Made by a program: the position numbers and the translations under genes | Notes under the pieces: model-generated | Database searches by the model: none | Told to the model about the DNA's origin: nothing | What the model saw: the letters and a program-made list of their open reading frames with translations, nothing else | Assembly: GCA_964583985.1 (NCBI GenBank) | Contig: CAZOYD010000060.1 | Location: 11,592-21,757 of the forward strand | Source of the DNA: an uncultured archaeon | GTDB taxonomy: Archaea; Asgardarchaeota; Lokiarchaeia; Sigyniarchaeales; SOKP01 | DNA: 10,166 nt | Direction: 5' to 3' | Shown: piece after piece, positions 1-6,626 of the stretch | How the letters are laid out: each line of letters starts with the position of its first letter | How positions within the stretch are numbered: the stretch's first letter is position 1

Positions 1-288
1 ATCCAAGCTCTTGGGGCTATGATTATATTTGATATTTTAAATAGAAAATCATTTAAGAATTTAGAATTTTGGATATCAAAATTGAAGGAACTAAGTGGTG
101 ATGTTCCATTTATAATTGTAGGAAATAAACTTGATAAATCAGAGGAAAGGGAGGTCTCTGAAGAGGAAGGAAGAAAATTCGCCAAGAAATATGGGGTTGA
201 TTATATCGAAACTTCCGCTAAAAACGATATGAATGTGAATAAAGCATTTGAATTGTTGGCAATAAAAATCTTGGAAGGTATAAAATAA
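1..288 (+). CDS. Rab/Ras-family small GTPase, C-terminal part (5' end lies outside the window)
   Basis: Frame is open from base 1 (IQALGAMIIFDILNRKSFKNLEFW...). It has the G4 motif GNKLD, the G5 motif ETSAK and a Rab-like REVSEEEGRKFAKKYG segment. It ends ILEGIK-TAA with no CAAX or di-Cys tail. The ATG at 19 is internal because G1-G3 are missing. Confidence 0.92.
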   Translation: MQALGAMIIFDILNRKSFKNLEFWISKLKELSGDVPFIIVGNKLDKSEEREVSEEEGRKFAKKYGVDYIETSAKNDMNVNKAFELLAIKILEGIK

Positions 289-379
289 AAATATTCTTGG
301 AATTAAATCAAACTATTTATCTTATGATTTTTTATTATTCACATTGCTAAATCGCTTTCAAATATAAATTTAACTCATC

Positions 380-1120
380 ATGACCACCTTATTAATTCCA
401 GTTGCATCACTTTCTAAAACTAAATCCCGATTAGGAGATATATTCACTCGAGATCAATTAAAGAATCTTACCATTGCAATGGTGAAGGATTTATTCTCTA
501 AAATTACACGGACAAGATTACAAATAGATTCACTCGTATATTGTAATAGTTCTGAAATATTAGATTTAGCAGAAGATTATGGATTTATTCCAATAAAGGA
601 GAAAATAGAAACCCCTCAGAAATGCTTTGATGACATTCTTCAAGATATTAACAAAATCGCAATTCAAGAATTTAATGCCAAAAAGACGATGATTACGTTT
701 TCAGATCTAATTTTAATTACTCCTAAAAATCTTATTGAGATAGTTAATCTCGTTGAAAAAAATCAAGTAGTCGTATGTCCTGCCATAATTTCAGCGGGAA
801 TATCAGTATTGGGCAGAAACCCCCCAGGGATCATTCCAACATATTTTTGTCACCCCACAATACCTTCTTTAGTTGCACTATTAAATGAAGCGAATTCTCG
901 TGGATTGAAAATTGCTATTTATGATTCTTTTAGAGCGGGATTTGATATTGATATAAAACATGATGTTGTGTTAGCTCATGAGTATTTAAAAGCTTTTAAT
1001 CTGGTTGAGAGTGAAACTTATCGGTTCCTCGAACAGAATATTAAATTAGCCATTACAAAAAAGAGTTCTCTAAATAACAGATTGTTAGAAATAAAGAGAG
1101 TTGGGAAACCAAATTGTTAA
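380..1120 (+). CDS. cofC: CofC-like 2-phospho-L-lactate/PEP guanylyltransferase (F420 biosynthesis), divergent
   Basis: N-terminal LIPVASLSKTKSRL...LTIAMVKD matches the CofC signature IPVKxxxxAKSRL...AMxxD. It also has FSDLILI (xDLP position) and a C-terminal FDIDIKHDV (DIDTxxDL). Several central motifs are diverged. Confidence 0.75.
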   Translation: MTTLLIPVASLSKTKSRLGDIFTRDQLKNLTIAMVKDLFSKITRTRLQIDSLVYCNSSEILDLAEDYGFIPIKEKIETPQKCFDDILQDINKIAIQEFNAKKTMITFSDLILITPKNLIEIVNLVEKNQVVVCPAIISAGISVLGRNPPGIIPTYFCHPTIPSLVALLNEANSRGLKIAIYDSFRAGFDIDIKHDVVLAHEYLKAFNLVESETYRFLEQNIKLAITKKSSLNNRLLEIKRVGKPNC

Positions 1121-2349
1121 AAAGAGAATGATATATTAATTTTAACCTCTTCACCAAGAACAGTACTTGCTAATTGCTGAAATTCTTCTCGCTCATCTTT
1201 CAGAGAGCTTAGATTTCTTATATAATCTTTATTTTTTCTCTCTATATCATTTTGCAAGTGTTCCAGCTTTACCGTATTCATTGAAATTTGGTTTTTTAAA
1301 TCTTCCAGTTTTGAAGCGATGCCCGCTTCTTTAATTTGTTCTTCGTAACTTTTTATGATTTGATTCAACTTATTAAATTCTTCCATTTCGTTATAAATTT
1401 CTTTTTCATCAAAGATTTGGTTAATTTGCTCAATGGTTTTCTCTTTAGTTTCAGTTTTAAGATTTAATTTATTTTCTTCTAAAACATGGCGTAATTGAAC
1501 CAACAAACCAGAAAATCGGGTGAGATCCTTAGTTTCTTTACTTAACGTAGAAATAGAATCCTTAAGAAATTCTCGAATATAATTTAAATCAACATTTGTA
1601 ACATGTATTGTCCCTTTTTCCAGCTCAAATTTCATCTTTTTTAGCGATTTCTTAAAACTCAGTTTTTCATTGATTTTCAATCGTAATTTATATAATTCAT
1701 CATTTTTTTCTTCGAGTTCTTTCAAGAGTTCATTTTTTTCTAAAATGATAAGTTGTTGGGTTAGATCTTCTTGATTTTTATTTCGTTCCTCCAATTCTTT
1801 CTCAAAAGAATCAAGATCTTCCTTTGCATGCTCAATATTTTCCCTTAATGAGAACATTTTGGGTATTTTTTTAAGTAAGGCTTCAGCTTCTTTTAAATCA
1901 CCATATTTTTTCCTCATAAATTCATCTAAAATTCCTTTCTTTTTTCCCAATTTTCGCGTGATATAGTTTAATTCTTTGATTTCTGCTTGGACTTCTTTTT
2001 GGAATTTTGGCAATGATTTTCGTGCAATTTCGTTAATGCTCGAAAATAGTTTTGTAAGGGAATTTAATAAAACCGATATTTTTTCGTGATTCATTTCTTC
2101 TTCTGGAATCTCGATCTCATCAATTTCCCGTCTTATTTTATCAGAGAAGAAATGTAGTGACCGTTGAGCCTTCTCATCTATTCTGTTCTCTCCTGCATCG
2201 ATGAAATGATCCATGCATACCTTTATTTCAATTAAATTTGCTTTTATATCATCTAATAATTTGATCACTGTTCTTTTGACTTTAATGAAGAGAGTATCAA
2301 GCTTTTCTTTATAAAGTGCCTCAAATTCTTCTAGGGTTACTTCAATCAT
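1117..2349 (-). CDS. Hypothetical long coiled-coil protein (410 aa)
   Basis: Long ORF rich in E/K/L with extended heptad-like runs. No Walker A motif and no transmembrane segment. Starts 6 nt after the serS stop, and its stop overlaps the cofC stop (shared TTAA, 1117-1120). Confidence 0.85.
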   Translation of the reverse strand: MIEVTLEEFEALYKEKLDTLFIKVKRTVIKLLDDIKANLIEIKVCMDHFIDAGENRIDEKAQRSLHFFSDKIRREIDEIEIPEEEMNHEKISVLLNSLTKLFSSINEIARKSLPKFQKEVQAEIKELNYITRKLGKKKGILDEFMRKKYGDLKEAEALLKKIPKMFSLRENIEHAKEDLDSFEKELEERNKNQEDLTQQLIILEKNELLKELEEKNDELYKLRLKINEKLSFKKSLKKMKFELEKGTIHVTNVDLNYIREFLKDSISTLSKETKDLTRFSGLLVQLRHVLEENKLNLKTETKEKTIEQINQIFDEKEIYNEMEEFNKLNQIIKSYEEQIKEAGIASKLEDLKNQISMNTVKLEHLQNDIERKNKDYIRNLSSLKDEREEFQQLASTVLGEEVKINISFSF

Positions 2350-2355
2350 ATTAAT

Positions 2356-3645
2356 CTACTTTGATGCTATAATTTTTTTTTTCCCATTCATATATTTTTG
2401 AAGAACGTCTGGAATCGTGATTGAATGATCTGCATTCTGATAATTCTCTAAAATACAACAAATTGTGCGCTCTGTAGCAATCGTTGTGCAGTTTAACGTG
2501 TGCGCAACTTGCTTTTCAAGTTGAGTACCAACTTTTCCCATTCTAATTTTTAGTTTTCTTGCTTGATAGTCAGTACAATTACTACAAGACACTAATTCAC
2601 GATAATTTCCTGATGCTGGAAAAATACATTCTAAATCATATTTCTTTGCTGCATTATCATTTAATTCTCCTGATGCTATGTTTACAATTCGATAAGGGAT
2701 CTTTAAATCACTATAAATTTCTTCGGCATTACTAATCAATTCTTCAAATATCTCCCAAGATTCTTCGGGTTTACATAAAACAAATTGTTCTACTTTTTCA
2801 AATTGATGCACCCTAAAAATACCTAAGGTGTCTTTTCCATGCGATCCTGCCTCTCGCCTAAAACATGTTGATGTTCCTGCATATTTAATTGGTAACCTTT
2901 CAGGCTCAATAATTTCATCATAATGATAACCTGCTAGCGATTGTTCTGATGTAGCAATCATGTACAAATCTTCTCCTTCAATTTTATACAATTGCTCTTC
3001 AAAATCTGATAACTCAGCAGCTGCTTTTATTACTTCATAGTTTACAAAAAAAGGTGTCCACATTGGTGTGAAACCTTTATTAATTAACTTATCTAACGCA
3101 AATCTCATCAAGGCTAAGTTCAATAAAACAAGATCTCCCTTTAAATAAAAAAATCTGGATCCGACAATTTCTGCTGCTTTTTTGGTATCTGCTCCATCAA
3201 TTAATTCGATTAAATCCACGTGGGATTTGGGTTTGAATTTGAAATTGGGTACTTCACCCTTGATAGAAATAATTTCGTTGTTCTCTTCACCTTTACCCCC
3301 CGGTACTGAATCATGCAAGATATTACCTACTTTATATCGAAAATTCTCCCTTAATTCATGAAATTCATCTTTTAACTTTTGCAATCCGTCGATCTTTTCC
3401 TTAATCTCTTTTGATTGGAGTTTACTTTTCTCCGCTTTTTCTTTCTCTCCAGATCGGTTGAATTCCCCTATTTGTTTTGATAATTTATTCCTTTTTTTTT
3501 TTAGTTCTTCAAGATTTTGCAATACTTCTCTCCATTTGATGTCGTAATCGAGTACCATTTCGGCATTTAAAGGATCTTTAAATCTCTTTTTCTCCGATTC
3601 AATGATTTCATTCAAATGATTTCGAAATAAATCTATATCAAGCAA
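2356..3645 (-). CDS. serS: Seryl-tRNA synthetase (standard bacterial/eukaryotic type, class II)
   Basis: MLDIDLFR start (TTG), N-terminal coiled-coil arm, GNILHDSVP, ATSEQ, motif 2 FRREAGSHGKDTLGIFRVHQFEKVEQF, ELVSCSNCTDYQAR, and motif 3 HTLNCTTIATERTICCILENYQ. Confidence 0.97.
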   Translation of the reverse strand: MLDIDLFRNHLNEIIESEKKRFKDPLNAEMVLDYDIKWREVLQNLEELKKKRNKLSKQIGEFNRSGEKEKAEKSKLQSKEIKEKIDGLQKLKDEFHELRENFRYKVGNILHDSVPGGKGEENNEIISIKGEVPNFKFKPKSHVDLIELIDGADTKKAAEIVGSRFFYLKGDLVLLNLALMRFALDKLINKGFTPMWTPFFVNYEVIKAAAELSDFEEQLYKIEGEDLYMIATSEQSLAGYHYDEIIEPERLPIKYAGTSTCFRREAGSHGKDTLGIFRVHQFEKVEQFVLCKPEESWEIFEELISNAEEIYSDLKIPYRIVNIASGELNDNAAKKYDLECIFPASGNYRELVSCSNCTDYQARKLKIRMGKVGTQLEKQVAHTLNCTTIATERTICCILENYQNADHSITIPDVLQKYMNGKKKIIASK

Positions 3646-3652
3646 GGTTATG

Positions 3653-3659
3653 TCCTCTC
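3653..3659 (-). promoter_or_regulatory. Shine-Dalgarno-like site of serS (GAGAGGA)
   Basis: GAGAGGA on the minus strand, 7 nt upstream of the TTG start at 3645. Confidence 0.5.
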
Positions 3660-3737
3660 AATTTAATGAAAGTATTAATTAATAATGTCTTAAAATCATT
3701 ATGAATTATTTTTGGAAATCTGGGAATAATCAAACGT

Positions 3738-3920
3738 TTACTCGTGTTTTATTCTTTCCTCAATAGTTGACCGTTGAAGTGCTACTTTTATCTTTCTCTT
3801 GTCAAAACCTACTGAATCTATAATTTGAATGATTTTAATTCGTTTTGCTTTCCCTTTTAGGCCTTCTTCTTCCATGAATTTTTTAGCATAATCTTCAGTG
3901 CTATTTTTATCGGCTGTCAA
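3738..3920 (-). CDS. Small basic helical hypothetical protein (60 aa)
   Basis: TTG start and protein-like amphipathic composition (YAKKFMEEEGLKGKAKRIKIIQIIDSVGFDKRKIKVALQRS). Same orientation as serS and fills an otherwise intergenic gap. Confidence 0.65.
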   Translation of the reverse strand: MTADKNSTEDYAKKFMEEEGLKGKAKRIKIIQIIDSVGFDKRKIKVALQRSTIEERIKHE

Positions 3921-4043
3921 AATATAATTTGAGTAATAATCTGTGAAATAAAAAACTTAGTGGGATTCTATTTACATATTTTGGAATGAGTATATTCTTT
4001 AAACAGAAAAAATATATTATTTCTCCTACTTCACAACATAAGA

Positions 4044-4050
4044 TATAAAA
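4044..4050 (+). promoter_or_regulatory. Candidate archaeal TATA box for the hdrA-mvhD-frhB cluster
   Basis: TATAAAA about 40 nt upstream of the hdrA ATG. The AT-rich background limits specificity. Confidence 0.3.
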
Positions 4051-4082
4051 ATGTGATTGAATAGTAAGGTGATACATTAAAA

Positions 4083-4088
4083 AGGTGA
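4083..4088 (+). promoter_or_regulatory. Shine-Dalgarno site of hdrA (AGGTGA)
   Basis: Archaeal-type AGGTGA just upstream of ATG ATG at 4091/4094. This supports a start upstream of the first TGA. The same hexamer precedes rps4. Confidence 0.65.
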
Positions 4089-4090
4089 AA

Positions 4091-6091
4091 ATGATGTCTG
4101 ATAAACAGACCAATGAACCTAGGATTGGAATTTACGTATGCGAGTGAGGCGTAAATATTGGAATGCATATTGATTGCTCAGTTCTACGAGATTTTGCTGC
4201 AACATTACCTAATGTCGTAATTGCAAGGATAAACAAGTTTACTTGCAGTGATCCTGGACAACAATCCATTAAAAATGATATCATCGAATTAGATTTAAAT
4301 AGAGTGGTGGTGGCAGCATGCACCCCAAAAATTCATGAAGCTACTTATAGATCAGTTTTAATTGAAGCGGGGTTAAGTCCATATTATTTCGAAATGGTAA
4401 ACATACGAGAACAGTGTTCATTTGTACATCAAGGAGATAAAGTCGTTGCGACTGAAAAAGCTAAAAGATTGTTACTAGCAGGTATAAATAGAGCAAGAAA
4501 ATTAGAAATAATCCCTTTTAAAGAAATTCCGATAACGAAAACTGCTCTTGTAATAGGAGCTGGTATAGCAGGAATGAATGCCGCACTAGATTTAGCGAAT
4601 CAAGGAATTGAAGTTTACTTGGTAGAAAAGTCGCCTACAATTGGGGGTAAAATGGCTCAACTTGATAGAATATTTCCAACTGATGATTGTGGTATTTGAG
4701 TATTGGCTCCCATAATGGTAAATGCATCCAAGCACCCAAATATTACTTTGATGACATATTCAGATATAGTACAATTTACTGGTGTAACAGGAGAATTTTA
4801 TGTAACCGTTAGGAAGAATCCTCGATACGTTGATGAACGAAAATGCACCGGATGTGGATTGTGTACGACTAAATGCCCAATCAGAGTTCCTGATTCATTT
4901 AATCGAGGAATTGGAGAAAGAAGTGCTATATATATCCCTTTTCCACAAGCAGTTCCGAAACTTGCTGTTATGGATAAATCTGTGTGCATTGAATGTAAGA
5001 ATTGCGAAAGAATTTGTCCCGCAGAAGCAATAGCATTTGATCAAGAACAAGAACTAATTGAATTGAAAATTGGGGCAATAGTTATAGCGACGGGGTGGGA
5101 TGAATATCCAATACTTCAAACGAATGAATACAAATACGGGATATATCCAGATGTAATCACCCAGATTGAATTGGAACGATTATTAAGCCCCATAGGACCA
5201 ACAGGAGGTCACGTGCATCGGATATCAGACGGAAACACTCCTAAAAATATAGCTATGATACAATGTGTTGGTTCGAGATCTTTAAGAGGAAATCCTTATT
5301 GTAGCGCAGTATGTTGCAATGTTGCTCTGAAAAACGCTCAATTATTAAAGCAGGAATATCCGCAGACTAACATTACCATATTTTATATTGATATCAGAAC
5401 TTGGGATAAAGGAAACGAGGAATATTACAGAAATATACGCGGTCAGAATATTAACTTTATCAAGGGGAAACCCGGAGATATTAAATTAAATGATGATGGC
5501 ACGATGCGATTATATTTTGACACCTCTTTAGAGAGTGATGTGGTGTACATAGATTTTGATTTAGTCATTTTATCGACTGGAATAGTCCCATCACGAGGCA
5601 CTATTGAACTTTCTGAGATTATGGGTCTTAGTAAAGGTCCGAATGGCTTTTTAACAGAAATTCATGGGTGTTTGAAACCAGTTGAAACAAAAGATAATGG
5701 TATATATATATGTGGGTGTGCTGCCGGTCCTAAAAATATACCATATTCAGTTACGTCAGCTTTGGGTGCTGCTAGCAAAGTAGCAACCCTGCTTTCAAAT
5801 GATATCTTACGTCAAGAACTTATTATCGCGGAAGTGGATGATAATCTATGCGTGGGATGTCATAGATGCGAGAAAGTATGTGATTTTGATGCAATTACTG
5901 TTAATGATGATCAGATCGCGGTGGTCGATGAATTAAAATGCAAGGGGTGTGGAGCATGTGTAACTTCGTGCCCAGCTAGAGCGATCGATCTCAAGTATTA
6001 CAGAGATTCTCAGTTGGAAGAAGAAATAAAAGGAATTGCTGATCCATTTTACTCAATTTCGAATGTTTCTCACGAAAAAATTCAGAATTAG
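4091..6091 (+). CDS. hdrA: Heterodisulfide reductase subunit A-like flavoprotein, selenoprotein with two Sec (U19, U203), 666 aa
   Basis: Single frame: MMSDKQTNEPRIGIYVCE-TGA-GVNIG (HdrA RIGVYVCHCGxNI), FTCSDPG, VAACTP, NIREQCSFVH, FAD motif GAGIAG, FPTDDCGI-TGA-VLAP, inserted ferredoxin (CTGCGLCTTKCP, CIECKNCERICP), ELER, QCVGSR, YCSAVCCNVALK, and C-terminal ferredoxin (CVGCHRCEKVC, CKGCGACVTSCP). It joins track ORFs 4163-4699 and 4703-6091, which are in the same frame. The start could be 4094. Confidence 0.95.
4145..4147 (+). other. In-frame UGA, putative selenocysteine (HdrA U19)
   Basis: TGC GAG TGA GGC = C-E-U-G, aligning to the second Cys of the HdrA N-terminal C-x-C-G motif. Conserved HdrA sequence and an SD/ATG lie upstream. 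Confidence 0.85.
4697..4699 (+). other. In-frame UGA, putative selenocysteine (HdrA U203)
   Basis: FPTDDCGI-U-VLAP. This is the CxxC/CxxU position known to be Sec in HdrA of Methanococcales. Confidence 0.92.
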
Positions 6092-6110
6092 ATTAATAAC
6101 TGTGATCATA

Positions 6111-6536
6111 ATGGATAATAAAAATGAAAGAAAAATTATAGCATTTGGTTGTGAGAAGTGAGGATATTCAGTTGCTGATTTAACTGGAACTACTCGAAGA
6201 AATTATTCAACCGATTTTCATTTAATTCGTGTAAAATGTACTGGAAGGATAGGAATTCACTTGATAATGGATAGTTTTTTAAAAGGTGCAGATGGAGTAG
6301 CAATCATATCTTGTCATGAAGGTGAATGTGATTATGGCGGAGCTAATATGAATACAAATAAACATGTATTATTTCTAAAAAGACTTTTTAATCATCTAGG
6401 TATAAATGAAGACAGGATCCAACAGTATTTCTGTGCTGCTGCAGAGGTAGAAAACTTCGTCTCTTCAGTAAAGGATATGACTAATAAAATCCGTTCACTG
6501 CCTCCCTTGCCAAAAAATCAATTAAATCCGAAGTAG
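6111..6536 (+). CDS. mvhD: MvhD/VhuD-family [2Fe-2S] subunit, selenoprotein (U17), 141 aa
   Basis: MDNKNERKIIAFGCEK-TGA-GYSVADLTGTTRRNYSTDFHLIRVKCTGRIG...FLKGADGVAIISCHEGECDY...LGINEDRI...CAAAEVENF. In frame with track ORF 6261-6536, with a GTGAT SD-like site at 6102-6106. Confidence 0.93.
6159..6161 (+). other. In-frame UGA, putative selenocysteine (MvhD U17)
   Basis: TGT GAG AAG TGA GGA TAT = C-E-K-U-G-Y, the CxxU-GY position that is Sec in methanogen VhuD. Confidence 0.9.
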
Positions 6537-6599
6537 AATGAACTTTTCAAAAAAATAATAGTTGAGAGGTAACTTGCCCGATGTGTGGGTTTTCGGATT
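6525..6599 (+). promoter_or_regulatory. Structured RNA element after mvhD, candidate SECIS (non-canonical)
   Basis: AUGA at 6538-6541, then a 9-bp helix ACUUUUCAA(6542-6550)/UUGAGAGGU(6562-6570) with an A-rich loop. An outer helix AAUCCGAAG(6525-6533)/UUUCGGAUU(6591-6599) and a small hairpin GCCC/GGGU(6576-6590) complete it. The 3' GA of the canonical core is replaced by AA. Pairings were found by eye. Confidence 0.45.
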
Positions 6600-6626
6600 A
6601 GTAGTAATATAAAAAATCGAATTATT

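Noticed and set aside
1117-2349. SMC/Rad50/SbcC call for the coiled-coil protein
   Set aside because: No Walker A/B, signature motif or CxxC hook.
3987-4021. ATGA-GTATATT...AATATAT hairpin upstream of hdrA as a 5' SECIS
   Set aside because: AT-only stem, no 3' GA, and it lies upstream of the probable TATA box, so it is likely not transcribed.
4148-4185. Bacterial-type SECIS hairpin directly after the UGA codons
   Set aside because: Only weak AT-rich pairing (AATAT/ATATT) after U19, and no common hairpin after the other two UGAs.
3907-4323. Track ORFs 3907-4113 and 4132-4323 (-)
   Set aside because: They overlap the promoter region or are antisense to hdrA, with no protein-like motifs.
4798-5033. 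Track ORFs 4798-4989 (-) and 4830-5033 (+)
   Set aside because: Shadow ORFs inside the hdrA ferredoxin domain.
4145-6161. Genome-wide UGA reassignment to Trp or Gly
   Set aside because: Trp is encoded by TGG in these genes. In-frame TGA occurs only at redox Cys positions and not in serS, frhB or the ribosomal genes.
4091-6536. hdrA and mvhD as pseudogenes with premature stops
   Set aside because: All three stops are TGA at conserved Cys columns, two of them at known Sec sites. There are no frameshifts or other decay.
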